Below are positions 1 through 14,699 of a stretch of 64,000 bases of DNA, piece by piece. The translations under genes and the position numbers were made by a program. Source of the DNA: Bugula neritina. Its lineage: Eukaryota > Animalia > Bryozoa. The notes under the pieces were generated by a model that saw nothing but the letters and a program-made list of their open reading frames with translations, did no database searches and was not told the origin of the DNA. Position 1 is the stretch's first letter, and every line of letters starts with the position of its first letter. The stretch lies in assembly GCA_964035545.1 (NCBI GenBank), contig OZ037768.1, forward strand, positions 14,083,675 to 14,147,674, read 5' to 3'.

Positions 1-3000
1 CAAATCACCACCTGCGGCAATTTCTTGTACCTGTAATTAATATACATCAATTGATTAACCAACAGTTTATTTTCCTACAACTATTTTACACTGTTAACTA
101 AATTGATTATCTCAACAGCGCAACACAATGAAAACAACGAAAAATAAAAATCTTAGTAAAAAGTTGTACTAGAGATGTTTTAGTTACTACCAACATTTCA
201 GTAAAATTGTGTTTTGCAGAACTTATAGGAAGAAGAAAATTTGCTTCAGCAATAATTTGCTATAATTCTACCACATAGCAAAATCTTATAATGATAATAT
301 GTATATATAGGGAGAAAGTATATGAGAAAACTGATACTTAAATTATTATAACACTATGGAGATTTATATGCATGTAGTTTGCTAACCTCGTTATTATCCA
401 ACCATTTAGCACCCGCTTTCAAGTTGTTTAACACTCCTTTGGGACTCCAGCTAAACCTATATCTACAACAGCAAAGCATATCAGCTGAAAAAATCCTCAA
501 ATATACTAAATTTTGTCAGTTGATCAATTTAACTATAAGTTTACTTTGTCAGTTTAGAACTCCCAACTTTAGTCATATAAATCACTTACATAAAGCCCTG
601 CCTTTTTCTAGCTGTTAATAACAGGACGGTTCACAAAATGAGCTTCAATACTATGCCAGATTGCCAGCTATAAAACAACTAATACTTCTTGAGGAATTTA
701 AAGTTAGCCAAATTTTCTGAACAACAAATGCAAATTACAAACCTTAGAGGGTTTGCGGAAAAGTCTGCTGCAGGCAATCCCCCACACCAGGAGACAAATG
801 ACTCTATCTTACCACCTCTCTGGTCAGCTTCTCTGAAGCAGTCCATAGCCAGCAGGTGATCAATTCCTGGATCAACACCAACCTCATTCACAATAGTGAC
901 ACCAGCATCCATTGCTCTACAAGTTCAAATATCAAAGCTAACCAAGTTAACATATCATTTAGATAAAATATATTCTCTCCATTTAGAGAGGAAATTTAAC
1001 TTACAACAAGGCATGGCATACTCATATTTCGAACCGCAAACACTCAGAATTTACAATTAAACTTTTAGCACCACATATAAATTTGTGATCCAACAAGTTG
1101 CAATGAATTAACCTCGTTTGGGACCTCCTGATTTTAACATAGATTATATTCAATAGACACTATGTAGATGGGCAAACTAAATTGTATCACGTAAAATTGT
1201 TACTGATATGAATTAAAAGATACTGACGCCCTGTGGAGTTCAGACATCTGTGGGCTGAGATAGCTGGCTGTTACCATGTCTCGCTTATGTTTGATGCACA
1301 TCTCAGCAATTTGGGGGTGAAAGGCGTAGGGAAGCAGACTTATGGTGAGATCATGATCTGCTATCATCTTCTCAATTGGCTCCATGTCTTTCTTCATATC
1401 CATGAGCACAGGAGTTGTGTTTTGGAACCTGCTGGCTAGAGCATCTACTTCGTGCTGGAGGGCTGAGGCTACATCAACACAGACATTATTTATAAATGGC
1501 TGCATTGTTCCCTGAGGGAAACTGCTAGAATGTAAAGCGTTTTTACCTGAAATACGATTGCAAACTATATGGCAATCGGTAAGTGGAGAATGGTCTTTTC
1601 TGTAAAAAATCTTTGACAATAGGTTTGAATTAATTATTCCATTTGTATTTTGAATTTAAAAAAACATGCAGATAATTTTAATGCCTGAAGGACTTTTGAT
1701 GCTATAAATCATTCACATCGGTTGTTTTACTAAGTGCTTGATGGAAATTTACTCATCACAAAGCTGTACATTTAGCAGTATAGATAAACTATCAAGAATT
1801 ATGTATGATGAGTTAAAATGATTTACTGATGACATATTAAATGCAATTATTCAGTTTACACACACCTACTGTGACAGCCACTCCCTCATCTGTGAGGTAC
1901 TGTACGCAGGGTGCAGACACATAACCTGCTCCTAGAACCAGTACTTTCTTCATTGAGCTCTCCAATCTCTTGCTATGTTTAGCTCTACATTATAGAAAGT
2001 GCAATGTGATAGTGTCAGTCTACTACCACAAGCAGCTTATGCGAAATCCACAAAACCTTCCATACTGCACAACCCAGCACTAAAAACAACATTCTTCATA
2101 CTATGCAGCTAGAGGGACTCTGGTCTTTCAAAAACATGAATCTCAAGTGAGCTGGCTATAAATCACATTTTAAAACTAAATACATTTGGTTTGACTTAAA
2201 TTAATTGAATATGAATACTAACAAACTCCATCCCCTCAATGTATACACTTTCCATTTTGCACATTCAAGTGTATGAGTAATAGTGCTACTGTGTATGAGT
2301 AATACTGCTACTGTGTATGAGTAATACTGCTACTGTGTATAAGTAATACTGCTACTGTGTATAAGTAATACTGCTACTGTGTATGAGTAATACTGCTACT
2401 GTGTATGAGTAATACTGCTACTGTGTATGAGTAATACTGCTACTGTGTATGAGTAATACTGCTACTGTGTATGAGTAATACTGCTACTGTGTATGAGTAA
2501 TACTGCTACTGTGTATGAGTAATACTGCTACTGTGTATGAGTAATACTGCTACTGTGTATGAGTAATACTGCTATTGTATACGAGTAATACTGCTATTGT
2601 GTATGAGTAATAAGCAACTTTATGAGTTGTAAGCTGGTCAGAATTCCTGCCAAGTCAGTAGCAGAACAAAACATGATATTATGGAATTAGCATATACTAA
2701 CCTGTTTTCAGCACGCAAATCGGCAATGTATGCAAAGTTTGGAGTCAACTTTCCATGTGATGCAATGACAGCCTGTTTAAAATTAAGATGGAGAAATAAA
2801 TGGAATGAGAAGTTAACACAATACCAAATCCCAGCTAGAGGTGTTTTGTTGCAACTCTGTACAATAAACATTCCCTAACCACCAGCAATGTGCAAACATA
2901 TTAATATCAGGATAAAAACCCTAGAGTCTAAAAAATACCCAAATATGTTAAAATCAAAACAACTCTCCTAACTCCACTAGAATACTACAGTAGTGTACAT

Positions 3001-6000
3001 TACATTTGAATAGTTACTTACATTTTTTGTATCTTGAGAGCACAGAGTTTGTTCCAAAGGCTTCATTTCTGCTAGAGCCAGCTATTAAATGAAACAAAAT
3101 TTAAACATACCAACATCTTAATTATTAAAAAAAACTTGAATACCAATAATTTTCACAACTAAAATGTATCATATTTACAAATAATTTCATCAGAAACAGA
3201 TATTAGATCGAAATCAAGTTCAGTTTATTTAAGGACCTAACAAAAAGTTGTTGTCAATAAATTATGATGTTGCCAGGCATTTATAATTGAAAGTTTAATC
3301 TGTAATGAGGTAAGATATTAAACTAAATTCAGCACAGTATTAAGGAAATGGTGAAACTACTGTATAAACACAGTGCTGCCTTTCTTCTCAAAAGAAAATG
3401 AAACACCAATAATCATATAAAATACCATGTCATCAACATATGGTCTGAGTAAAGAACCAAAATAGTTGGTAGATTCTTGTGGTAGTTGAGCTGGCATGTT
3501 ATCAATAGAGCAGATCAAAACACCTGGCCCTGAGAAGCTACAACATATACATATGCATAACTATTTTGCAACAGGCATCAGAAATATAATGTATGCAGCC
3601 TAATTTAAACTTCAGATGTAATGTTCTAGCATACAAAGAGCGACAATCCAGACTGCAAAGCATTGGAGAGTCAGATGGTGTTGGTAAAGTGCTGTTAATC
3701 ATGCATTGAAACTGTGCAATAGGTAGGTTATGTGAGTTTAGTTTTGCAATATAAATTTATTGCTAGTGAAGTTTAATTATTTCAATTAATTTTAGTAATA
3801 TTTTTCTCCATATACTGCATTGCAAATTTCCACAAGGCTTTTTACTGCGCTGATACTAGAGTCATGTGGCATTAGAGACAGCAAAGAATGATTATTAAAA
3901 TGAGACAGGTTAGAAGTTGTCTGCTCATCAATGCATATTTTATTACTAAAAGGAGATATTGTGAGAGGCTGAGCTATTGAACTGAGGCTGAGCTATTGAA
4001 CTGAGGCTGAGTTGACACCAACATGTGTTCAACTACAAGAAGATAAAACTGCAAATATCACATGACTACACACGCTAAATAATTCACATGGTTGGTTTTG
4101 ATGACTCTATGCTCAAACAACAATTATTTAATATTTAGCTACCTATAAAAATTATAATAGTTAACAATACAGCAAAGTTCTAGCTTTGTACATTAAAGAT
4201 TGCCTTCAATAGGGTAGAATATTGGCACTGTCTTTGAACACCCTTGAAAAATAATTTGTTGAAAAAGCTTGTCATCAGCCTAGCTTATGATTTGATAGCA
4301 CTAGTGGTGTTGTGTAGTAGAGTGATATGCTATTCACTACATAATCTATGAGGTTGAGTGGGTGAAGTAAATAAATTACCCCTCCCCCCAGTTGCTAAAT
4401 GATCAGGTGTTAAAAAGGCTCAAATTTTAGAGAAGGTAAGCCATACTTTATGCATGTCACTAGCAATATTGATGGCATACGCTTTTAGTTCTTGTACTTA
4501 CTGTAGACAACACTGAAATCACAGAGAGTACAATTATATAGACAACTAGTAATGTGTTATAAAACCAAGCAATTTAAGTATATCAAATTATTGTAACATA
4601 CTTCATCAAATACTTAAACGCATTGCAAGTACGATAGAGCAGCAGAAATTCATTGCCCCTCATTTCATCGAGATCGCGGTGTCAAATGTAAACATCACTT
4701 AAGACTACTAGAAGCAAGATAATTTTAAGTAATTGATTAAATTTTATGCATCCCAAAAATATACATTAACCAAACCTGTTTGCCAAAACTTGCAATAATG
4801 CGGTGAGCATCACAAACAATACCTTTCTTTACTGGTGTTACTCTCCGCATCATAAAGTATAAATGGATGATCGATGGTGGTACAGGACTGCATAAATTCC
4901 ATGGAGCCACCGGGATCGGCTGATATGTCACACAGAGCTAGTAACCTGAAGAGAAGAGAATATTTCACAGTTTGGTCAGAAAAACTATCCACCTTCTTAT
5001 TGAGTACAACGATGGAGTTGACTTGGATGCCGTTTAAATCAGGTCTAGGAGACGGAACAGGAAACAACTCCCTTCTAATAATTAATGTATAAACAAAATA
5101 AAAAAATATTCATTTTATAAAATGCATATATTATTTGCATAAACAGACAAACGACATAAAAATAGTGTGAAATTACAGAAGTACAAAATGCAAATAAACT
5201 AGAACCCATATGATAAAAACTAAATTTAATTAAGCTTAAACATTTATAGCATTAGCCATCAGTATACATGATGTAAAGGTGTCAACAGGCTGAAAATAGT
5301 AGTGTCAAGACTCAAGAGTAGCATTTTCACTGCAAAAGGCAAAGCAGCATTGACTACTTGAGTTATTTTAACTAATGTGTGAAAAAAGCTATTTTAAAGT
5401 TGAGCATTAAACCGATAAACTATTAGTGGCTTGAACCATATTATATTACACGAGACCAATAATAGAATGCAGAGAGAACAACTCCAGATAGGTACCAAAA
5501 TAAAGAAAAAGGTAAATCTAAAACTCTGAAAGTCTACAAATAAATCATTAGAAATTTAGACTGTTAGATTCTTGAATCCAATTAAACCTGAAAATTTCAG
5601 CTCTGAATAAGATATTTTTCTACAATGTATTTTAAACTTTTTAAAAGTGAAAATTTTCAGATAGTCATGTATTTCAAAACTCAGTTTTTATATGCTAGAG
5701 TTGCTATAATTTCAAAATTAGTCCTACTTTATTGCTACTTAAATCTAATAACATATTTAACAATCCAAAATATTTTCCTTTCAGAAATTTAAAAGAAATA
5801 CATCTAAATATAAAATTAATTATTATTATTTATTATTAATTGGCCCGTTTGACTCATTGTTTACTTTCAAAAAATAATTTCAGATTTAGATTTTCCAACT
5901 AAAAGTATTTTTCCAAATACAAGAATAAAATAATTACACGCTAAAAGTGTTTACAATAAGAAAATTAAAGACAATAATTGATCAACCAAGTTACAATTCA

Positions 6001-9000
6001 GAGAACTTGTTAATTCATGTTTTATTACCAGTCGAAAACGTACAACCGACAATAGTCCTGATGAGACTGTGAGTCAAACAAATAACTCATTGAATTTTTC
6101 TATTTTATTATTTATGAATAAATGTGTATATTGTAAATCATAAGCACTGCAAAACAAACTAAAGCAGTAGCAAGTCTGATAATTATGCTGCATAATGTAG
6201 TTATTTACTAAAACCAGCTGTGTATAAATACACCGTTGCAGGTTGTAGTATTACTCGTGTGTATTGTGTATGTGTTGTGTGCTGTTTGTATGAGTTAGGT
6301 TAAATACTGACCTGTGTGGGAGTCTTGGACAACCTGGACTGGAAGGTAACCAAGGCATGTTGCTGGGCTGTAGCAGTTCTTTACAGTTTGGTATAGAGAT
6401 GAGACGTGGATCATTTGGTGCGTAGTATATTCCATTGAGTATCACGGATGCATAAGGTGCAATCTGGAAAATATTGCAGGATTTGAATTCATAAAAAATA
6501 CGTTAAAATAAATCTAAAATTGTCTAGTATTGGTATTGCACTAGTTAATTTGAAACATTGGTGTACGAACAACAAAGTTTTAATGCCGAAAAACATTGTG
6601 TGCGTTTTAAAAATGAAAATTTAGACATAATGAAACTTTAAATTCGGAGAAATACTTACCAAACGAGAGAAATTAGATGCATATCTCTCAGGGTGAGCTT
6701 GAAATTCCTGAAAGTTGAAAGGTCCTCCATTTTTTCTCACTAGGTGATCTTCCATATCAACCACACAACCATACACCTTGTTGGTTGCTAAACAAATCAC
6801 ATAATTTTTACTTCATAAAAGCACTACAAAGCAAAATTTAAAACTACCTCAAAAATTAGCAACAAATGAAATACAATCCAATTATAACTCATTCTGACTT
6901 TCTGCCTCAACAGTTGCTTAAATCTAAGAACTTACTGAAATAATTAGGGAGTTGCTTCTTTGCTTTATGATTGAGAAAATATAATTATAAAGCAATTGCA
7001 ACTTAAATATATACAACTTAAATGCAAGTGCTACCATACTCAAAAGTATTAAAACCAGGAATTAGGTAGGATTTGCTGCAGTTGATGTGGAATGTGATAC
7101 AAATATTCAATAGCTACCTCCTCTTTCAGCAACCTTAGAAAGATGTTGAGGATCAACGAATTCCACAGGCAACTCCCGGAAGACCTCTTGAGCTCCCTGA
7201 AACAACATAGCTACAGTTGGAACATATTGCCAGTATTAAAGAGAAAGTATAAAAAATACAAAATACAGAAGCCAACAGATCAAAAGAAATTTGTTCACCT
7301 GGGACACATTTCCAGCTCCAGCAAATACGAATGTTAGCGGACCAATAGATTGTGGAAGCATACCAAGGGAGATCTGATAACCAGCTTCTCTGATAGCTTG
7401 CCGGGCTAGCTCACTGGTTCGGTAGTTGTGAGTAGGTCCCACGTACTGCATAAAGAAGTAGAATATCAATTCATAATGGGCAAGTCTTTACAAGCCATAA
7501 AGATAAGAGACCTTTTAAGAATAATCCAGCGAAAATACAATATTCATTCCCATCTATGTTTATGCAATATTATAAGTAAGCAATCAACTGCACATGCATT
7601 TATTTAGACTATTTCCATGTTCTCATGATGTTTACTAAGTCATGTATTAGTAGCTGGACCTATAAAGCAGATATCTTTACATAGCTGTACAGATTCATAT
7701 CATGTCTTAATTATATCCTTTGTCTGTTTTTACCAAAATGCTGACCAACCAAAGAGTACATACATGTAGATGTCTGACAATCATACCATTATGTAACAAG
7801 TACACTAAATGTTGACCAAACTTCTACCAACAAAAGTTAAAGAACTTTTCAGTTGTGTTAATCAATATTAAATGAATCTTTAGAGTTTAGAAGTAAATTA
7901 CATATACACATAATAGAAGTGTACTGTAAATCAACTAACCATAAAGGGTGTGTGATGGCCCAAAGCTAGAAGCCGTAGTCCTAGGCCATGTAGGATGTTA
8001 ATCATACCTGCTACACCAGCATACTTGCCAAACGCAACAGTCCGTAGACCTTTCTCATCACATATTTTTTCATAATCAATCAGCCGTACATTCTGTAAAG
8101 AAGCAAATCTTAGATCTGTAGAGTTGACAGTGTTGCAAAGTTCTGCAATCTCACACAAAAAAGCTAGCTTGTGAACTTGCCTTTTCCAGTATAGCATCTA
8201 GTAGACTCATGTTAGCCTCCTGTGCCTTTATAGTGTGGGAGAAAAAGGCATAAGTTTTATCAGGCATAAGCAGGTCTATTGGCACCTGTTTGACACCCAA
8301 TACAAGTGATGCTGCAGAGAGATCCTCATCTATCTTGGCCCCAGCCTGACGATACTCCTGCATATACCCAGAAGAATTACATATGATACATACAAATATG
8401 TTTAAAAGATGCTATATCTATAAACACAACCATATGTATCTAATCAAAGGTGAATTGCAATCTATAACTGGGTAGTAGATGGAAATTCCTTGAGAAAATA
8501 TAGGGTTATGTTATTATTCAGTGTAATTTGCTTCAACTTTACCGCTATAACTCCATATGTGCATCAATTGAATGAATTTCATATTAATTTTATGTGACAT
8601 TATAATTAAATATATTGTTTAGCATCCAATTCAATTAGTAATTATCTACTTTCCTGCTAATTGATAGTGTGATTTGATGCCTAACTGGAAAATCACTACC
8701 ACAGTCTATGATGTTGGCATACAAAACATATTAGCACCATTTCATAAAATGCCATATTCTAAAAACAAAGCTTTCAGGAGTTTTGGTTTTTATTTGCTTC
8801 TTACATTTTTCAATGCTATTTCACATTAGTTTTGATAGTGTACTGTGACTAAAATCATCAGCAAAGAGTAACTAAAAATGCATGTAATAGTAATAGCCCA
8901 CCTCCATTGAGTAGGATCTTCGATTACTAGGCTGTAAAATGACATCAATGTTTTGCTTCACCAGATGCCGCACATCTCCAGGTGACAGGGGAGCTCTTCT

Positions 9001-9135
9001 CTCCCAAACAGAATTGTCTTCTCTTCGTATGGCTAGTGTAGGCTTTTTTGAGGACCCGTATTGGCTCATGCTTACAAGGCGCTTTGTAGAGAAGACAGGT
9101 GAGCTATATCGCCTCAGAAGAGATGACAGAGTCAT
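1..9135 (-). CDS. AASS: Alpha-aminoadipic semialdehyde synthase (lysine-ketoglutarate reductase / saccharopine dehydrogenase), mitochondrial; 3' part runs off the window
   Basis: Exons read on the minus strand with splice signals: 9135-8902, 8357-8181, 8092-7940, 7445-7299, 7196-7118, 6787-6660, 6463-6312, 4945-4823, 3537-3426, 3081-3022, 2772-2702, 1984-1866, 1468-1228, 916-743, 462-387, then 30-<1. Motifs: [93 protein letters not shown]. The R/S-rich N-terminus resembles a mitochondrial presequence. Confidence 0.96.
2269..2611. repeat. 22-bp minisatellite (GTGTATGAGTAATACTGCTACT) x ~15, in an AASS intron
   Basis: Head-to-tail near-identical units with no spacers. Confidence 0.95.
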
Positions 9136-9741
9136 TTTACAGTACACTCTCAGCTGTTGGTAGATTGATGATAAATGAACTAGAAAAAATAGAGATGCGT
9201 TCATGATAGCAAGATCTGCTACCGTGCTGGTTTTTAAATTTAATTGCTAATATGGCTAAAACATGTTTAGAAAAAAGGGGTGGCAAAAAAATCGTAATGG
9301 TAAAAATAGTGTGAATAAAACAAGCTTTCAATGATGTTAGCTACGTACTGAAAAGATGGCAGAAGTATAAATAGTAAAGTGAAGTTAAAACAAGAGTAGG
9401 AAAATAAGAGCAATGCTACACAAAGGTGATCAACTGACTTGGATATAAAAACCAAACTCATCAAAGTGAGAGAAAAGTCAGAGGAGTGATCAAAACTATG
9501 AAAAACAGGTAAAACTGCAGCAGACTATCTAAACTAGAAGCAGAAATGAAGAAGAGAAGAATAGAAAGTGGATTAAAAATGAGAAATTACAATAAAAAAT
9601 TAATTTCATGCTGACTACAATATTAACCATAGTTTAGTTATTCACTAAACCTAGTTTAGTGGTTAGTAAATTTGGTGACTATTATTATTATTTTGGTGAC
9701 TCACAATTATGATATTCAAGTACATAATTTATTATAACTAT

Positions 9742-10048
9742 TGTTATAGTTTTTAGAATTAGGGTCGATGTGCAATCAAGAGAGTCTATTTATTGCTAGA
9801 GAACTTCACCAGGATAAGTTGAGTTAACACAGTTATATTTTAAGTACAAGAATACATAATAAAAACGATACAGAAACATTCAGTAATTCACACGTCTATT
9901 TAATCTACTGCACTATCCACAACTGAACTAGTAGCGCGAAACTAACTACTGCTACTAACTATCAGCATTGCTAATTGGCTGACCATTGTTCCGGGTCAAT
10001 AGCGTGACCCTGTGTATTTCGCTGCTGGTAGCCCCACGAGCCACCACA
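9742..10048 (-). mobile_element. Solo LTR related to the E1 LTR family
   Basis: Its reverse complement aligns end to end with 16121-16425 (TGTGGTGGCTCGTGG...TAACA). Flanks are CTAT / CCAT. Confidence 0.9.
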
Positions 10049-10649
10049 CCATTCATATTAATACGCCAACAGCAAAAATATCATCTATGACTTACTATGA
10101 CTTACTATGAATAAGCAGCCAAGAGCAAGCAAAGCAACTCACCATATAATTGATTATGAACCTAATTTAACTTCGTATAACATTACCTATAGTGGCAACC
10201 ATAGGAGTTAGAACTAATTTCAATGAGTACTCAGGAAATAATGTAATTATTGTGATTATCGCGTGACTATAACTAGAAGTTAGAAGCACAAGTGTAAGCT
10301 AACAACTTCAAGTATAAATATTGAAAATCAGTATCCATGAATGTGACTGCAAGTATCAGCATTAGTAAAATACTAATAGTAATACTTATACTAATAGTAA
10401 TGGTACTACTATAACTATTATTATTACTAATAATCACTTAGTGTGTGTATAAGTACTCAAGTAGCAAAAATATTACCATAATTGCATTATTAAATTACCA
10501 TTTTTTAACTTATTTCCCTACCATCTCTAACCGTAACAGTTTTAGTCTTTACAGGTAACTAGATGTTACATAGCCAACGCAATTAGTAACTTCCATCTAA
10601 CTCTGTTGCTTGTCCCTTTACTATTCAATTTCTACATTTTCACATTAAA

Positions 10650-11950
10650 TTTTATGGCATAGTACGCTCTGGTCTTTTTCTCTTTCTATTACCGTCAACA
10701 CTGATTACCTTTAGGTCTTCCCTCTTGACCTTTCTGCATACATATCCATACCATTTCAGCCTTCTCTTCTTTATCAACACGGCAACTGTTTTTACTCCAG
10801 CTATATCTCTGATCTCTTCATTCCTTCTGAGATACTTCAGGTTGACGCCATGGATGCAGCACAACATCCTCATCTCTGCAGAAGCAATTAAATCCGCTAG
10901 GTGCAACTTCAGCGACCATATCTAATTGCCATGCAGCAATGCGAGTCGAAAGCACACTCTATATATCAGCATCTCAATCTTGTTGGAACTTCATTGTTAT
11001 ACAACACACTAGCTAGCTCTTTTTCCTTGTCCAATGCCCTTTCACTATATTCTCCACCTTTGTTTACCATCCTCGATTTTGTTGAATTGTTTTCCCATGG
11101 TATTTAAATGATGTCTATGGAAGGTTAGCATATTTCTCACTATCATATATTTTTATTTTTAACTTAGCTGTGTTACCAGTTGACACATGGAGTTCAGTTT
11201 TTTTTCCACTCAGTTCAAGACCCCCTTCCTCCTAACGACTTCTCCACATCTCCAGTCTCTTCTCCATGGTGTCCCCACTGCGTTCACACACAATCAGACC
11301 ATTTGCACCCTGCATTGCCAATGGGGCCTCCTCTCACAATTCTTCTGCAAGGATGTTAAGGATAACAACAAACTCAGAGGGGCCCTAAGCTGAGCCATGG
11401 TGTGAACACACTTTCATACCAATATCTTACCTACCTCCTACCAATGTGGACACCCATCTTGCACCCCTTCTACATATTCTGAAAATACTGACACAAGCCT
11501 CTAGGACGATTCTTTTCCTTAAGTTCTTGCAGTCAAGAGAAACTCCTTTCTGTTTACACAGTGGTATTACGCAATTTTTTTCAAACTGATTGGCATTTCT
11601 TCTCTTTTATACTTCTACCATAATCGACAGCTTCCATTCTATCTCTGCACATTTCAATGATATCATAACCTCAAATGAGACTTTTTCTGGACTGGTAGAC
11701 TTGTTGTTAGCTATAATTTCTAGTTGTTGCTCAATCTCCTGCAATGTAACCTTTGGTATTGGTCCTTCCATTATTTCAACTTTACTCAACTTATCCCGAT
11801 GCTTCTGGCATTTAATAATGCCCAAAAAATCTTTGTCACCACCTTCACCTTGTCTTGATTTCTTCATCCTCAGCCAGCACCCTTTCCTACTAGTCTTTCG
11901 CAAATGCCAAACGATCAATATCTTGAGCTCTTCCTTACTTATTCAATGCT
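10650..11950 (-). mobile_element. Degenerate RTE-clade non-LTR retrotransposon (LINE) fragment
   Basis: Minus-strand remnants AEMRMLCCIHGV...RRNEEIRDIAGV...IKKRRLKWYGYVCR (typical RTE post-RT region) and IPKVTLQEIEQQL...NKSTSPEKV (pre-RT region). Many stops and frameshifts. Ends approximate. Confidence 0.75.
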
Positions 11951-12877
11951 AGTCTGTAGACCACTTTCGGCCCACTATTTTTCAACTCAACTGTTAATAT
12001 AATTGTACAATCTTATATCACTATCACATATTTAATTTTATATTATATATGTGATTGATATTATTATTGTAGTTTATTAATAATTATTATTATATTAATA
12101 TTTAATTTTACATTAAAAATAAATAATTAATAAGTATTATAGTATCTTAAAACTAAAAGTAAATACTAAATATTAATATGTTTAACCGTAATCATCACGA
12201 TGATAAATATTATTATTATTAGATAATCATAATGATATTTCAATTTATACTCTTATTGATATTCATAATCATATTCATATTTATATCATTATTCAAAGTT
12301 ATTCATATTCATATTGATATTGAGACTCTAACTTTTACTTCTAGTAAATCACTAAAAGTAAAAGTAAATCTAATAACTATAACTATAAGTGTAAGTAATA
12401 AGCTACACATTTCAAGTTTAGAAAAAACTGAATGAAAGGTTGCAAAACTAAGTTGAAATATAGTTAGTTCACAAATTTAAATTATTCTACTCTAAGTTTA
12501 TGAGTGAGAATGAGTGGGAAAAAGAATTAAATATCATGCCGGGCCTGCAATCTTTTAGTACTATTCACAGCAATCAGTGAATGGTGCGGCATGCCTCCGA
12601 AGCTGCCCAATGAAATATACGGTAGGAATAATTACAACTTATGGTCCGAGTTGGGAGTTGTTGTCCATTTCGAAGTTGTTCTAAACATAAGCTTCTGAAG
12701 AGTGCTATAACAGGCTTCTGCCAGATACGTTACAAACTTTGATGCAGATGTCATGTATTGAAGCTAGCATTCAGTGAAATAGAATAGAAATAAATTCGAA
12801 TTTAATGCTGGTGATAATAACTAATAAGCAGTAGCGCCAGCCTTTTATTAGGGTCACTACAAGTATTGTAATATAGT

Positions 12878-14133
12878 CAGGGATGTAGTGGTACCAATAC
12901 GATCCCATACGCCGTATGGTCTAGGCTCTAGACTCTAGAAGAAAATAGACTGTTCTAGGCCATACGCCCGTATGGGCATATTTTTGAAAGATGATTAGTG
13001 CACAGAATAGTTAGGGCATCTTCACTGAGAATATCATAAATTTCGCTCACAATCTAGTTTAAGTTCTTGTTATGTTAATGCTATGTGGGTGGCATGCGTG
13101 TTGCCTACTTGTGATTGTTTAGCCTGAGATTACACTATAAATAATAAGCAGCTATCAACATTCCATCTTCTCATCTCTACGTGTTCACTGAAGCGCGAAG
13201 TGCTGTGCATTGGTGATTACTAAGGAAAAAATATTTCATTTTCAGTGTATAAATCACTAATTTGTAGAAAATCTATGAAGGCTATTGAAAAGATCAAAAA
13301 TGTGCTATGCATAAATTTCTCAGGTTTCCGACAGTGTTTGTTCTATTCGAATACCATAGTTTCCTGCTGAGATATTTGGCAGGGATTGAAAAATAAACTT
13401 TTCAGGTAAAATTGGCCGAAAATGGGTAGATTTTTGGCTATAACTTTGCAAAAAAAATATTGAAAACTCGAAAAAGCAGGTGCTCTGAGGAACAGGAAGA
13501 TCTACAACATGGTTTTTAAATTTTAATTCTAGCACAATTAGGCAGTGACAGCTAGAAGGTTGCCCATATCTATCTTTTGTGGACTTGTATTTTGTCAATA
13601 AGCAATGGAATTTGGAAAAAACCAACATGAAATCCAGAAATAAAATCAAAGTGTCTTAAGGAAACAGTACCAGTTGTGTAGGAGATATTAATGAAAATTT
13701 ATCACTGAGGTCTACAGGTACTATGTCCATATTTTGGTCAAAAACCTAGCGTTATTGCATGTCAATTATCAATGCAATGAGGTTTTGCAAACTGTACACC
13801 ACCATAAGTAATTGTTTATGTTTGATTGTACTAACTAACGTCTGGCTTTACATTTAATCATCTTTTAGGTTAACACATATTAAACCTGTCAAATTTGTTC
13901 TTTTGGGGTATATTTCCTATATTGACGTGGCTAGTGGAAGCTTATTTTAAAACCAAGTTATATAACATGGTGACACGACATTTCGAAAATGACAATTGGA
14001 AAACACCTATTTGGAAAATGGACAATTAGAAAATGGACAATTGGAAAATGGACAATTGGAAAATAGCCATATTCTCAGGCTGGACCCCCAGCCTGAGAAT
14101 ATGGCCTAGAATATTTCTGCCACTACATCCCTG
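12878..14133. mobile_element. Non-autonomous hAT DNA transposon, copy 1
   Basis: 14-bp TIR CAGGGATGTAGTGG / CCACTACATCCCTG, perfect 8-bp TSD AATATAGT, subterminal CCATACG/CGTATGG repeats. The first ~1 kb is shared with 31855-33653. Confidence 0.92.
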
Positions 14134-14699
14134 AATATAGTATGGTGTATACTATAATATAAATTAAATATGAACATCAAAATAGTGACTGTAATAATAT
14201 TTTTAGCACCTTAACTCTTCTTGATCCCCACAAAATTTGATGATTTATTCTCCCTACTGTCTTACTAAGTGTGGAGATTAATATTAACAGCAATTTGTGT
14301 AATGAAATTTATAGCTATCAGTTATAAATTAACATATTCTGGTAAATAATCCTAAAATTTATTATTATGCTTCACTGTAATTACTTCCATCCTCTAAAAT
14401 TAAAAATATACTTATTTTCTTTTTTGCCCCGTTCCACATTTGATACTTTATGATCTTATATAAAAAAAAACAATATTTATTACAACAGCAAGTTACAATT
14501 ATTATCATGCAAGTTGTCAATTGATGATTACTTCAAAGTCCCGAAAATCATTGTGCACTGCAAACACTGCATAAATAGTATGCATTTGTAATATTTTGTG
14601 ATTTTGTGTGCATGCGTGCGTGTGTGTGCGTGTGTGTGTGTGTACGTATTAATGTATGTATGTATGTCCGTATGTATGTGTGTATGTATGTACACAGGA

